61,240 nt of DNA from Thiocapsa sp. GTDB lineage: Bacteria > Pseudomonadota > Gammaproteobacteria > Chromatiales > Chromatiaceae. Where the stretch lies: contig NZ_DATITZ010000100.1 in the NCBI RefSeq assembly GCF_035467215.1, forward strand, positions 1 through 61,240, given 5' to 3'. Position numbers and translations under genes: made by a program. Of the stretch, positions 42,170 to 54,158 are shown piece by piece. Every line of letters begins with the position of its first letter. Position 1 is the first letter of the stretch. The notes below the pieces were generated by a model, which was given only the letters and a program-made list of their open reading frames with translations, was not told the DNA's origin and did not search any database.

Positions 42170-42661
42170 TTATGAGTCCGTGTGTATGACGCGGATCCGA
42201 TCACCCGTTTTTAGTCCCAACTCGGCGGCGCGCCCCGCCCGCAGCTCGAGCACCTGATCGACCGCTCGCTTGAAGGGGCCGTAGCTCGGGCAGGACGCCT
42301 CGAGGCAGGGCGGGACCTGCTCTGCCAATGCCACGACCCGACCTTCGTACATGAAGACGAGGTCGAGCGGGACCGGGACGTTCTTCATCCACATTCGGAT
42401 CGGACGCGAAGGATCGGCAGGGAACAGCATCCCGCGATCCTCCGCAAGGGCCGGTCTGAACATGAGTCCCCGTGCGCGCTCCTGCGGCGTGCGTGCGACC
42501 TCCAAGAGAATGGTTTCCGAGCCCACCTCGGCCTTGGCCGAGATCGGCAGGTATTGGGGCTCGGTCGCCGGGGCATCGCCCATCGCGATGTTCATGGACA
42601 ACCAGAGTGCCGCAGCGGCGGCCGGGACGATGAGAATCAGGTTTCTCACTCGGTCGATCAT
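42170..42661 (-). CDS. DUF192 protein
   Basis: EVARTPQERARGLMFR, GMLF, MWMKN, VLELRAG. Confidence 0.92.
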   Translation of the reverse strand: MIDRVRNLILIVPAAAAALWLSMNIAMGDAPATEPQYLPISAKAEVGSETILLEVARTPQERARGLMFRPALAEDRGMLFPADPSRPIRMWMKNVPVPLDLVFMYEGRVVALAEQVPPCLEASCPSYGPFKRAVDQVLELRAGRAAELGLKTGDRIRVIHTDS

Positions 42662-42713
42662 GGGGGCATCCAGGTTGCGTGATGTCGGGAATCACCTATC
42701 TTTCAGTCAGCCA

Positions 42714-43358
42714 ATGTATCAAGGTCGCTCTTTCGGTTCCATTATCGCGGGGTTGCTGCTCATGCTTGCCATCCTCAATCCATCCCTCGCGGACGAGGGC
42801 CTGATCGATGATTTCTCACGCCCGGACGGACTCTCTGCGCTGGGTACGCCTTGGCGTGCCGTGACCGATCAGGTGATGGGCGGGCGCTCGGAGGGGGCCA
42901 TCGTGCGCCGAGTGGTCGACGGGCGGCAGGCGCTTTGTCTCGCCGGGGAGGTCAGCCTAGCGAACAACGGCGGTTTCGTACAGGCGATGTTGGACCTGAC
43001 ACCGCCGGGCGGTCCCGAGACCGGGTTGGATGCGAGCGCCTTCGACGGGGTTCGGCTCCTGGTGCACGGCAACCGCGAGGTCTACAACCTTCATCTCAAA
43101 TCCACGGCGACCCTTTTGCCTTGGCAATCCTATCGCGCCACCTTTGTCGCCGGACCCGAATGGCGCGAGGTCTATCTGCCCTTCGAATCCTTCGAGCCGC
43201 ATCGGCTGGTCCAGCGGCTCGATACCCGTCGACTGACCAAGCTCGGGGTCCTCGGCATCGGTCGCGTGTTTCACGCCGATGTCTGTATCGCCGAGGTCGG
43301 TTTCTATCGCGAGACGGATGGGTCCCGACGACCTACCTCGGGGAGTCCGTCTCGGTGA
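42714..43358 (+). CDS. CIA30-family protein
   Basis: WRAVTDQVMGGRS, VSLANNGGF. Confidence 0.9.
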   Translation: MYQGRSFGSIIAGLLLMLAILNPSLADEGLIDDFSRPDGLSALGTPWRAVTDQVMGGRSEGAIVRRVVDGRQALCLAGEVSLANNGGFVQAMLDLTPPGGPETGLDASAFDGVRLLVHGNREVYNLHLKSTATLLPWQSYRATFVAGPEWREVYLPFESFEPHRLVQRLDTRRLTKLGVLGIGRVFHADVCIAEVGFYRETDGSRRPTSGSPSR

Positions 43359-44422
43359 GCCGGCTCGGAACCCCAGGCGTTTCCGGGCAAAGGCCGCGGT
43401 AACGGCGGGATCTTCAAGCTCGGCGACTCGTGTCGCGCGATCAGGATGAGGATCAGGAACGCGGGTATCACGAACGACAAGAGGCGCAGCGGCGAGCCCT
43501 CCGGGGCACCGAACAGCAGGATCCCCGGACCGATGGCCAAAAGGCCGGCGATCGTCATGAGTCCGAGCGTGCGTCTCGCCAGCGCGGACCAGCGCTGCCG
43601 CAGCCAGGTGCGGTGAAAGTGCGCGGGCGGCGCGCCGAGTGTCGCGACGAGGTGCCCCAGGGTCCGTGCGAGTTTGGCCTCGACATCCGGCGTGCGTGCC
43701 GGCTCGGCAGCGGGAATGCGCAGCCGAGCACGCCACCCTCCGCCGAACGGATCTAAAGACCGCCACGCCCATCCCAAGACCGCCAGCAGATCCTCAGGTG
43801 GATTGATCGTCCGCTGCGGGGTCGGAAGGAGCCGGATCTCGGCAGGCATCCCATGCCCGACCTGTGCGTCCAGCTCGACCCCGATTCCGTCGAGGTCCGT
43901 CGAGGCGCGTAGGAGGACGAGACGCGCCTTCCCGTTCGAGCCGCCATCGGCGTCCGGATCAGTCTCGACCCGATAGCTGCAAGCCACGCAAACGCCGCCG
44001 AGCGTCGGGAACTGACGCCTCGGATCAACCGCATCGACCCGCTCGATCAGGACCTTCGGGTCCGGCCCGTCGCTGCGCAGGGTCGCGACTCGCCCCGTCG
44101 CGTCGGTCAGTGTCCGGATCAGTCGGAAGTGTTGACGACCCGGGTTTTCAAGGACGAGCGTCTCCGTGAGTGCGCCCGGATGATCCGGCGTGTCGGAATG
44201 CTCGGTTGGTCGAAAGAGGATACGGCGCGCCAGTCGGTCGCTCCCCGCAAGATCGACATGTCGTCCGCGACGCGTGAAGGGCTCCGCAAGGGCCAGGATC
44301 TCATGATGCGTGAGCGGGATTCGCGGCTGACGCCGGGTGTCCTCGGTGCGTTTGGGCTTCGGGGGTTTGTCCCGCTTGAGCCGCGGCGGCCAAAGCGGAC
44401 GCATCGGCTTCGGTGCGTACAT
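43304..44422 (-). CDS. hypothetical protein with two C-terminal TM segments
   Basis: 372-aa ORF with genome-like codon usage; two hydrophobic helices near the C-terminus. Confidence 0.7.
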   Translation of the reverse strand: MYAPKPMRPLWPPRLKRDKPPKPKRTEDTRRQPRIPLTHHEILALAEPFTRRGRHVDLAGSDRLARRILFRPTEHSDTPDHPGALTETLVLENPGRQHFRLIRTLTDATGRVATLRSDGPDPKVLIERVDAVDPRRQFPTLGGVCVACSYRVETDPDADGGSNGKARLVLLRASTDLDGIGVELDAQVGHGMPAEIRLLPTPQRTINPPEDLLAVLGWAWRSLDPFGGGWRARLRIPAAEPARTPDVEAKLARTLGHLVATLGAPPAHFHRTWLRQRWSALARRTLGLMTIAGLLAIGPGILLFGAPEGSPLRLLSFVIPAFLILILIARHESPSLKIPPLPRPLPGNAWGSEPAHRDGLPEVGRRDPSVSR

Positions 44423-44424
44423 GC

Positions 44425-44615
44425 TAAACCGCGTCCTGAGTGAACCTTGAAGCCGAGTCTGGAATTGCCGTCGGGTGGAAACCGGAAGATCCGAGTCGGA
44501 CGCGGTTTAGAAATAAATAAAAGCGAGACTTAAACCGCGTCAACTGCGTTGCTTGTTGGCGTGCGCACGGCCGGCGGACTGACTCGGAGCGATGCATGTT
44601 GCACCGAGACGCGGT

Positions 44616-44618
<3 letters not shown>
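44425..44618 (-). mobile_element. two TAAACCGCG units (44425-44509, 44531-44618) with 21 bp A-rich spacer
   Basis: four perfect end motifs; supplies the rho TAA and ends 2 nt before the next ATG. Confidence 0.85.
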
Positions 44619-45872
<1,254 letters not shown>

Positions 45873-46092
45873 CACATTGTTTGTCGTCGGCGGAGGTGAG
45901 GGGGTGTTCGGCAACGCCCCGGGGCAGGGCCCGTGTTGCGGGGGAACGCGGTTGGGGGTGGTCGCTTTACGGGGACGGGGCGCCTTGGCGGCGGCCCCTC
46001 GGAAGTGTCGTTCGGTGGCCATGGGTGCCGGTGTCGGTTCCGGTCCGCGGGGGCGGTCGGGAGATTGAACCGGATGCCGTCGCCGGTGGCCT

Positions 46093-46419
46093 TTAAAGGT
46101 TGCTGTCGATGAAAGCCGTCAATTGCGATTTGGACACCGCGCCGACCTTGGTGGCTTCGACCTCGCCCTGACGGAACAGCATCAGGGTCGGGATGCCGCG
46201 AATACCGTAACGTGGCGGGGTGTTGGGGTTCTCGTCGATGTTGAGCTTCGCGACCTTGATGCGGCCCGCGTACTCCCCGGCGATCTCGTCGAGTACGGGG
46301 GCGATCATCTTGCAGGGTCCGCACCAGTCGGCCCAGTAGTCCACGAGCACGGGTTCGAGGGATTTCAAAACCTCGTCTTCGAATGAATCATCGGTCACAT
46401 GGACGATGCTATCGCTCAC
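46093..46419 (-). CDS. trxA: thioredoxin
   Basis: WCGPC; upstream of rho; GTG start. Confidence 0.97.
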   Translation of the reverse strand: MSDSIVHVTDDSFEDEVLKSLEPVLVDYWADWCGPCKMIAPVLDEIAGEYAGRIKVAKLNIDENPNTPPRYGIRGIPTLMLFRQGEVEATKVGAVSKSQLTAFIDSNL

Positions 46420-46651
46420 TGAAGTGATCTCCCATAGGGTGGTTGCGGCACGGGCGGTTGTTTCGATATCACGTTCGGCGGATGACGGCGGAGCGGGGTC
46501 GCTGGGGCGCGGCGCGAACGGGTCGAGGAGCAGGCGGGCGAATTGGCGTTGAAATGTGCCCTTGAGTAAGATGCTATTTGATCCAAAGCGAAGAGAATTT
46601 GCAAGCCTTGCCCAATCCGCGAGGCGCGTAGCACCAGGGACTCCCCACGTC

Positions 46652-48271
46652 ATGACCGACAAACACCTCACTTCGACCCGCTTCGACAGCTTCGCGCTCG
46701 ATCAACGGATCATCGACGGACTCGACGACGCGGGCTTTACCCGCTGCACCCCGATCCAGGAACAAACCCTGCCGATTGCGCTGTCCGGCCGGGACGTCGC
46801 CGGTCAGGCCCAGACCGGTACGGGCAAGACCGCCGCCTTTTTGATCGTCCTGATGCAGCGTCTGCTGACCAATCCTGCGCCGCCGTCCGAGCGGATCGCG
46901 CGTCCGCGGGCACTGATCCTCGCCCCGACCCTCGAGCTTGCCGTTCAGATCCATCGGGATACCGAGCTCCTTGCCAAGCATACGGGTTTGCGCATCGCCG
47001 TGGTCTACGGCGGCGCGGGCTATCAGGAGCAGCGCGATCAGGTTGCCGGCGGCGTCGATATCCTCATCGGCACACCTGGGCGCCTGATCGACTATTTCAA
47101 GCAAAAGGTCTTCGATCTGCAGGCGATCGAGGCGGTCGTGCTCGACGAGGCCGACCGCATGTTCGACCTCGGATTCATCAAGGATATCCGCTTCCTGCTC
47201 CGACGCATGCCGCCGCCGGAGAACCGTCAGGGACTCCTCTTCTCGGCGACACTCTCGTATCGTGTCACCGAGCTGGCCTACGAGCACATGAACCACCCGC
47301 AGCTCGTGAAGATCGAGACCGAGACCATCACGGCCGATCGCGTGCGCCAATGCTGCTACATGACCTCCAACGAGGAGAAGATCGCCTTGCTGCTCGGCCT
47401 GGTCCGCGGCTGGGACGATGCGCGCATCATGGTCTTCGTCAACACCAAACGCGAGGCCGATCGGGTCTGGGGGTTTCTCCAGGGCAACGGCATCAACACC
47501 GCGGTGCTCTCCGGGGACGTTCCCCAGAAGAAACGCCTGAAGCTCCTGAAGGATTTCACCGACGGCAAGCTCCCCGTGCTGGTCGGCACCGACGTGGCCG
47601 CGCGCGGCCTGCACATCCCGGACGTGACCCATGTCGTGAACTACGATCTGCCCGAGGACCCGGAGGACTATGTTCACCGCATCGGGCGGACCGCGCGGGC
47701 CGGTGCCGCCGGGGATGCGATCGGCTTCGTCTGCGAGACCTATGCCTTCTGCCTGCCGGACATCGAGACATTCATCGGGGCGAAGATCCCGGTGGAGCCG
47801 GTCGATCCGGCGCTGCTCGCCGAGGTGAATCCGCGCAGCCGGATGCGTCCGGATCGCGAGGATCGGTGCGAGGCGCGGCCTGCACGCGCGCCCCGAGGCG
47901 GCAGTGGCGGAGCCGGTGCCGGGCGCGGCGAGCGCCGTCCTCGCGCGGGCGGGGAGCGGCGCTCGCCATCCCGGTCGCCATCCCGGTCAGAGGCGCAGCC
48001 GAGGGCGGACTCCGCGGAGGTTCGGGCCGACACCCCTGTCGCCGCACCCCGGAAACAGCCCGAGATCGCTGCACTGACGGACCCGTCTGCAGTGACCGCG
48101 GCACCGGTGTCCTCCGGCCCGGCAGCGGGTGCGCCGCGCGCGGATGTCGGAACCTCGGAGACCCCGACGGGAGAACCGAAGAAACGCCGCCGCCGGCGTC
48201 GGTCCAAGAAGCCGGATGCAGCCGGCGCGAATCCGGCGACGTCTTCTCCGGCACCCGAGCCGGTCGATTAA
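46652..48271 (+). CDS. rhlB: DEAD-box RNA helicase RhlB
   Basis: [25 protein letters not shown]; divergent from trxA; long disordered C-tail. Confidence 0.92.
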   Translation: MTDKHLTSTRFDSFALDQRIIDGLDDAGFTRCTPIQEQTLPIALSGRDVAGQAQTGTGKTAAFLIVLMQRLLTNPAPPSERIARPRALILAPTLELAVQIHRDTELLAKHTGLRIAVVYGGAGYQEQRDQVAGGVDILIGTPGRLIDYFKQKVFDLQAIEAVVLDEADRMFDLGFIKDIRFLLRRMPPPENRQGLLFSATLSYRVTELAYEHMNHPQLVKIETETITADRVRQCCYMTSNEEKIALLLGLVRGWDDARIMVFVNTKREADRVWGFLQGNGINTAVLSGDVPQKKRLKLLKDFTDGKLPVLVGTDVAARGLHIPDVTHVVNYDLPEDPEDYVHRIGRTARAGAAGDAIGFVCETYAFCLPDIETFIGAKIPVEPVDPALLAEVNPRSRMRPDREDRCEARPARAPRGGSGGAGAGRGERRPRAGGERRSPSRSPSRSEAQPRADSAEVRADTPVAAPRKQPEIAALTDPSAVTAAPVSSGPAAGAPRADVGTSETPTGEPKKRRRRRRSKKPDAAGANPATSSPAPEPVD

Positions 48272-48313
48272 GCGGCGTCGCCGCGCTCCGTGCCCCTGCT
48301 GCCCCTGCGTGCA

Positions 48314-48979
48314 TCAGTCCGAATGCAGACTCGGAAGCAGATCGCCGAAGTGAGCGATCGCCGGAAAGTCGGCGACCTCGCCTCTCGGAGCCCTCGAGTC
48401 GGGCTCGACGACCGCCATCAGCCAGCGAAACCCGAAGTCGCGCGCCGCCTGCAAGACGCGCGTGCTGTCGTCGACGAAGAGTGTCCGCTCCACATCGAAG
48501 GGCTCGATCGCGTGCACCAGCGACCAAAAACCCGGCGCCTCCTTGGCGACCCGCAGGTCATGCGAGCAGATAATCCGCTCGAAGTGTCCGCCGAGCCGGG
48601 TCCGCGAGAGCTTGAGCGCGAGCGCCTTTTGATGCGCGTTGGTGACCAGGACGCGCCGCTTGCCGCGTCGTTCGAGCGCCTCCAGAAAGTCGAGCACGTG
48701 CGGATGGACCGCGATCAGATGCTCGACCTCCTGCTTGAGCAGGGCGATATCCAGACCCAGCTCCCGGCTCCAGTAGTCGACGCAATACCACTCGAGGGTG
48801 CCCTCGATATCCCGATAGCGGGCGAGCAGCTCGGCCTTGGCGATCTCGGGCGCGAGCCCGCGGGCTTGGGCATAGCGCGTGGGGACATGCTCGAGCCAAA
48901 AATGATTGTCGAAGTGCAGATCGAGCAGGGTGCCGTCCATGTCCAGGAAGACGGTGTCGATCCGGTGCCAATCGATCAT
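48314..48979 (-). CDS. yrfG: GMP/IMP nucleotidase (HAD)
   Basis: FLDMDGTLLDLHFDNHFW, VTNAH, LFVDD. Confidence 0.92.
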   Translation of the reverse strand: MIDWHRIDTVFLDMDGTLLDLHFDNHFWLEHVPTRYAQARGLAPEIAKAELLARYRDIEGTLEWYCVDYWSRELGLDIALLKQEVEHLIAVHPHVLDFLEALERRGKRRVLVTNAHQKALALKLSRTRLGGHFERIICSHDLRVAKEAPGFWSLVHAIEPFDVERTLFVDDSTRVLQAARDFGFRWLMAVVEPDSRAPRGEVADFPAIAHFGDLLPSLHSD

Positions 48980-49048
48980 GCCATACCCCTTGTTGCCTCG
49001 TTGTTCCAGCGTCGCTTCGCAGCGACTTGACCCATCGGAGTTTCGTTC

Positions 49049-49594
49049 ATGCTTCGCAAACCGAAAATACTGGATCGGCGCATCGTCGCCCAGAGCCGCT
49101 TGTTCCGGGTGGAAGAGGTTGATCTGGAGTTTGCGAACGGCGCGCGACGCACCTTCGAGCGCGTGCCCGGCGGGACGGATTCGGTCATGATCGTTCCCAT
49201 GCTCGACCCCGAGACGGTGCTCCTGATCCGCGAGTACGGTGCCGGCAGCGACTGCTACGAGCTCGGTCTGCCCAAGGGCGTCGTGGAGGCCGGCGAGGAT
49301 CCTTTGGCCGCTGCCGATCGCGAGATCCAGGAGGAGATCGGCTACGGTGCGCGTGATCTGCGGATGATCAAGCGGGTCTCGCTGGTGCCCGGCTACATCG
49401 AGCATCATAGTCTCATCGTGCTGGCGCGTGACCTCTATCCCAAGTCACTCCCCGGCGACGAGCCGGAGCCGATCGAGGTGGTGCCTTGGAGGCTCGACGC
49501 GATCGACGAGCTGCTTGCCCGCGAGGATTTCAACGAGGCACGATCGGTCGCGGCCCTGTTCATCGCCCTACGCGTCATGGGTCGCGAGTCCTGA
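49049..49594 (+). CDS. nudE: ADP compounds hydrolase NudE
   Basis: Nudix box GVVEAGEDPLAAADREIQEEIG, GDEPEP. Confidence 0.93.
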   Translation: MLRKPKILDRRIVAQSRLFRVEEVDLEFANGARRTFERVPGGTDSVMIVPMLDPETVLLIREYGAGSDCYELGLPKGVVEAGEDPLAAADREIQEEIGYGARDLRMIKRVSLVPGYIEHHSLIVLARDLYPKSLPGDEPEPIEVVPWRLDAIDELLAREDFNEARSVAALFIALRVMGRES

Positions 49595-49633
49595 CCGAGA
49601 CGATGCCGAATCCGGTCACCCGACGCGTTTCAC

Positions 49634-49648
49634 TCTGGACGCGGTTTA
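49634..49648 (+). mobile_element. solo right end of a type B element
   Basis: TCTGGACGCGGTTTA is identical to the end of 6405-6487. Confidence 0.65.
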
Positions 49649-49669
49649 AACCCCCAACGGAGATCACGC

Positions 49670-50716
49670 ATGTTTCGTTTGCCCGCAGCCTTCGCCTTCG
49701 TCTTCGCACTGGGGCTCCTCGCAGGCTCCCCGACGGCTATCGACGGCGCGAAGGCTCAAGACATGTCGCCGGCGGACGATTCCGTCTACAGCTTCGACGA
49801 CTTCCCGCGCGAGGATCTGCTCGAGCATCCGGATTGGTTCAAGACGGGTTTCCTCGATCTTCCAAGCGATCTCGAAGAGGCGATCGCCGAGGAAAAACAA
49901 GGGCTTATCGTCTATTTCGGCCAGAAACATTGTGCTTACTGCCACAAGCTCCTGAACGAGAATTTCGGTCTCTCCGACATCCTCGAGTACACCCAGCGCC
50001 ACTTCGATCTGGTCGCCATTGATGTTTGGGGTGTCGAGGAGGTCACGACGATCGACGGGGAGGTGATGACCGAGCGCGAGTTCTCCGTCCGCGAGGACAC
50101 CAATTTCACCCCCTCTCTGCTCTTCTACGACGCCGAGGGCAAGCTCGCCCTGCGCTTGCGCGGCTACTATCCGCCCTATCAGTTCCGAGCCGCGCTCGAA
50201 TATGTCGCCGACGGGCACTATGCGCGCGAGACCTTTCGGGACTATCTCGCCCGCGGCGAGAACCGGATGGTGTTCGAGCCGGAGGACCTGAACGAGCAGC
50301 CCTTCTTCGCGAAGCCCCCCTACAACCTGGATCGGCGCTTCCCGAGCGAGCGCCCGCTCGCCGTCTTCTTCGAGCAGGGCGATTGTCACGCCTGCGACGT
50401 GCTGCACGGCCAAGCCCTGAAGGAGCCCGCGATCACGGGCTATTTCGGCAACTTCGACAGCGTCCAGCTCGACATGTGGTCCGACACACCCGTCGTCACG
50501 CCCTCCGGCGAGCGCACCACGGCACGCGCGTGGGCCGAACAGCTCGGGCTCTTCTATGCCCCGTCGATCCTTTTTTTCGACGAGCGCGGCAAGGAGCTGC
50601 TGCGCGTCGATTCGGTCGTGCGCTTCTACCGACTGCGCAACGTCCTGAACTACATCAGCAGCAAGGCGTACTTGACCGAGAGCTTCGGGGAGTGGCGGCT
50701 GTCGGAGGCGCTTTGA
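49670..50716 (+). CDS. periplasmic tandem thioredoxin-fold protein (SoxW-like)
   Basis: signal peptide, HPDWFK...FLDL, CAYC and CHAC motifs in two domains. Confidence 0.8.
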   Translation: MFRLPAAFAFVFALGLLAGSPTAIDGAKAQDMSPADDSVYSFDDFPREDLLEHPDWFKTGFLDLPSDLEEAIAEEKQGLIVYFGQKHCAYCHKLLNENFGLSDILEYTQRHFDLVAIDVWGVEEVTTIDGEVMTEREFSVREDTNFTPSLLFYDAEGKLALRLRGYYPPYQFRAALEYVADGHYARETFRDYLARGENRMVFEPEDLNEQPFFAKPPYNLDRRFPSERPLAVFFEQGDCHACDVLHGQALKEPAITGYFGNFDSVQLDMWSDTPVVTPSGERTTARAWAEQLGLFYAPSILFFDERGKELLRVDSVVRFYRLRNVLNYISSKAYLTESFGEWRLSEAL

Positions 50717-50797
50717 ACCGCGGTTGAACCGCGTCCGGCGTGACATGGACGCCTCTGCCTCGTAAATCCCTCCGGGCGTCGGCGTCGACGCGGTGCA
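50714..50797 (+). mobile_element. degenerate element with doubled left end
   Basis: TGAACCGCG at 50714 and 50725, type A-like TCCGGCGTGACATG, right end CGCGGTGCA. Confidence 0.65.
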
Positions 50798-50891
50798 AGA
50801 TGGAGTTACGTTGCCGTGCAGACGCAACCGAAGTACGAAAGAATGTCCATAGGCACACGAACAGCGCCAATTGCCGTTTCGGAGGGAACAG

Positions 50892-53800
50892 ATGTCGATT
50901 TTGGAATGTTGCCGGCCCCGCAAGGATCTCCTCGCCGGCACACTCAACCCGGAGATCTTCACCGCCAACCTGATGCAGGTGATCGACCACTATCGGGGCG
51001 AGCCCGATGTGGTGCAGAACGTCTACACGGACGCGCGGGCCTTCTTCGGCGAGGCGACCTACCCCACGGAGGGGATGCGGCTGGTGCTGCGCAACTGCTT
51101 CGGACGCCTCGGCGGGAACGACGCGACCTACCCGGCGATCCAGCGCATGGAACGCGCCTTCGGTGGCGGCAAGACGCACATTCTAATCGGGGCCACTCAT
51201 CTGGCCTTTCAGGGGACCGATCTCGCCGATATCGCCCGCGATGTGATCGATCCGGACCTTCTGCTTGCCCCGGGCGAGATCACGGTGGTCGGGATCGCGG
51301 GCGATCGGGTGGCGATCCACGAGACCCACGGGGCGCGGCTGGTTCCCTATACCCTGTGGGGCGAGATAGCCTTCCAGATCGGCGGCGAGGCGCTCTACCA
51401 GGCGATCGGTCCGAGCGCGAGCTCCTTCGGCTCTCCCGCCGACGAGTATTTCGACGTCGTTTTCAAGGATCGCAAGGTTCTGATCATGCTCGACGAGTTG
51501 GCCGCCTACGCGACCCGCGTGGAAGCGGCGCGTGCCGGCGGCGGCAGCAGCGTGGCGACCTTCCTGATGTCCCTGTTTCAGTACGCCAAAGAGCATATCG
51601 GGCTGTCCGTGGTCATCACGCTGGCCAGCCAGAAGGATGCCTTTGCCCGCCAGACATCCATCCTCACCGACCTGGTTTCCAAGGCCAAAGGCGAGCAGAT
51701 CAGCGCCGCCGACTCGCTCGGGATCGCCGATCGCGCCTACGGTGAGGTGCGCAAGGTCAGCGCGCGCGACGAGACCACCGTCACCCCGATGCGCGGTCAG
51801 GAAATCTCGCGCGTCCTCGCGCGGCGCCTCTTCGAGAACATCGACCCGCAGGGCGCCGCCACGACGGCCGATGCCTACATGGAGATGTACCGGCGCACCG
51901 CCATGCTGCTGCCCGAGCAGGCCCGCCAGGAGTCCTACCGGGAGCGTTTGATCGCCCATTACCCCTTCCATCCCACCCTGATCGACTTCCTCACCGAGAA
52001 GCTCGCCACCGTCGAGACCTTCCAGGGTACCCGCGGCGTGCTGCGCATCCTCGCCCTGTCGGTCGCCAACCTCTGGCGTCGGCAGGCCGCGGCGCCGATG
52101 ATCCACGCCTGTCATCTGGATCTGCGTGACCCGCGCCTCGCCGACGAGTTGGTCAGCCGTACCGACAGCGCCGAGTTGATGCCGATCGTCAACGCTGACA
52201 TCGGCGGTCCCGACAGCGGCGATCTCAAGGCGGAGGACAGCAACGCCGCCCTGGCCGATCGCGCCAACGCGCACCCGGACGGTTTCCCCCTCCACGAATA
52301 CGCCTGGAAGACCGTGTTCCTGCACAGCCTGGCGGGGTTCGGCGACGGGCTTGCCTCCAACGTCTTCGGTATCGCCAAGCAGGACGCGCTGTTCGCGACC
52401 GCCTTTCCCGGCATGACCCCGCCACAGGTCGAGACGGCCCTGGATGCACTGCGCTCCCATGCCTATTACCTGCGGTACTCGGAGACCGAGGGACGCTATT
52501 ACGCGAGCACCGGCGTGTCGATCAACCGCGTCCTGGCCGACATTCGGCGGGCGTTGCGCGGCAACACGCGCGTGACCGATCTCCTCAACGAGACCTCGCG
52601 CAAGGTCGTCAAGCCCGGCGCACTGAGCTTCGAGATCCTGCCCGAGGTGGAGCTTCCGGAACGCATCCCGGACAAAGGTGCGAAGGCCACCTTGGCGCTG
52701 ATCGCCCTGGGTAGCCCGCCGGTCAAACCCGAGGACTTCATCACCCAAGCGGGCCTCAACAAACCACGCCAACATCAGAATCTGGTGTTTCTCCTGCTGC
52801 CCGAGACGGTCAAGGTCAAGGATGAATACAGGTCCGGCGACGACATGCTGGACAATGCGGCGACCCGCGCTCTGGAACTGAGCGAGCGCCTGAACGGCAT
52901 CGCCATCGATGTCCTTGCACGCCGCACGCTCAAGCACAATCCGTCCGCCTATGGGTTGTCGGAATCCGCCTTGAGCGACGAGGCGTTCAACCGCGACACC
53001 AAGGAGCGCGAGCAGGCCCTGTTGACCGTTGTCACTCAGGCGTACCGCAACCTGTGGTTCTCGGCCCAAGGCGGCAAGGTCGTTCGTCGCGAGATCAGCA
53101 CCGCCGGCGGCGAAGGCGGTGCCTCGGTCATCGAGAGCATCCGCGCCGTCCTCATCACCGAGGGCAAGCTCGTCATCGCCGAGATGGCCGTCACCGGCTC
53201 GACCGCCAGCGCTGCCGCCAAGCTGTTCTTCACCCCGTCCAAGGACTACCGGACACTCGACGACCTACGCAGTGCCTTTGCCTGTCGTCGCGACTGGCCG
53301 GTCCTGGAGGACAAAGGCGTCTTCGAGAGTCTGATCCGCGCCGGGGTCGGTCACGGTGCCTGGTGTTTGTTCCGCATGGGCTCGGCCGATGCGGAGAAGC
53401 CGGCCGATTTCCACGCCCGCGAGACCGGCGAGCTGCCCCTGCAGCTTGAACTGACCGAGCCGGGCTGGAGCCTGGTCACCCCGCAGGGTGCCAAGCTACG
53501 CGGCTGGACCGCGGTGGATAAACCCGACAGTGCCCAGATCCGCAAATGGGTCCAGGAGGCCAGTCAGCAGGCCGGTTATGGCTCCGTGACCGAGGTCGCT
53601 GCGGCGGTGGCCGAGACCCACGGTGTGATCTCGATCCAGGACGTGTCCAAGGCTATCGACGAGCTGGTCAAAGCCAACCAGCTGTATGTCCATGCACCCG
53701 ACAAGGATCCCGGGCTCGATCCAGGCGTGCTGCGGGGCGCCAACGCGTGGGTGATGGAAGCCGTTGAGCCGGACGACAAGATCGTGACCAGGGCCGAGGC

Positions 53801-54149
53801 ATTTATCCGCGGCTGGATCAAAAAGGACGAGACCATTGCCTTGAGCGGCGAGAAGGCGCGGAAGAAGGTCTTGCCGTTGCTCAAACGGCTCGCCGAGATC
53901 TACCAAAAAGGGGGCGTCTCCACCATCGATATCTTGGAAATCAATGGACTCAAGCTCCCTGCGGGCGGGCGCATCGCACTCCAGTTCAACGCGCTGTCGC
54001 CCGAGGACGTGCTCGCCCTCGACGAGTTGCTCAATCCGGCGATGGAGCTGACGACACAGGACGCGGAGACCGAGGTCCAGATCGTCATCGCGGAACCCCA
54101 ACCAGGCTGCAAGCTCATCGCCGAGCTCGGCATAGACGAGGTCTACTGA
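50892..54149 (+). CDS. DUF499 AAA+ ATPase (restriction-like defence system)
   Basis: FFGEATYPTEG, Walker A AFGGGKTH, TLWGEIA, Walker B MLDEL, YPFHP, FQGTRGVLR. Confidence 0.9.
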   Translation: MSILECCRPRKDLLAGTLNPEIFTANLMQVIDHYRGEPDVVQNVYTDARAFFGEATYPTEGMRLVLRNCFGRLGGNDATYPAIQRMERAFGGGKTHILIGATHLAFQGTDLADIARDVIDPDLLLAPGEITVVGIAGDRVAIHETHGARLVPYTLWGEIAFQIGGEALYQAIGPSASSFGSPADEYFDVVFKDRKVLIMLDELAAYATRVEAARAGGGSSVATFLMSLFQYAKEHIGLSVVITLASQKDAFARQTSILTDLVSKAKGEQISAADSLGIADRAYGEVRKVSARDETTVTPMRGQEISRVLARRLFENIDPQGAATTADAYMEMYRRTAMLLPEQARQESYRERLIAHYPFHPTLIDFLTEKLATVETFQGTRGVLRILALSVANLWRRQAAAPMIHACHLDLRDPRLADELVSRTDSAELMPIVNADIGGPDSGDLKAEDSNAALADRANAHPDGFPLHEYAWKTVFLHSLAGFGDGLASNVFGIAKQDALFATAFPGMTPPQVETALDALRSHAYYLRYSETEGRYYASTGVSINRVLADIRRALRGNTRVTDLLNETSRKVVKPGALSFEILPEVELPERIPDKGAKATLALIALGSPPVKPEDFITQAGLNKPRQHQNLVFLLLPETVKVKDEYRSGDDMLDNAATRALELSERLNGIAIDVLARRTLKHNPSAYGLSESALSDEAFNRDTKEREQALLTVVTQAYRNLWFSAQGGKVVRREISTAGGEGGASVIESIRAVLITEGKLVIAEMAVTGSTASAAAKLFFTPSKDYRTLDDLRSAFACRRDWPVLEDKGVFESLIRAGVGHGAWCLFRMGSADAEKPADFHARETGELPLQLELTEPGWSLVTPQGAKLRGWTAVDKPDSAQIRKWVQEASQQAGYGSVTEVAAAVAETHGVISIQDVSKAIDELVKANQLYVHAPDKDPGLDPGVLRGANAWVMEAVEPDDKIVTRAEAFIRGWIKKDETIALSGEKARKKVLPLLKRLAEIYQKGGVSTIDILEINGLKLPAGGRIALQFNALSPEDVLALDELLNPAMELTTQDAETEVQIVIAEPQPGCKLIAELGIDEVY

Positions 54150-54158
54150 TCGCTATCC

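Noticed and set aside
52521..52996. AACCGCG matches inside the DUF499 gene
   Set aside because: Ordinary Asn-Arg codons with no TA flank and no partner end 85 bp away.
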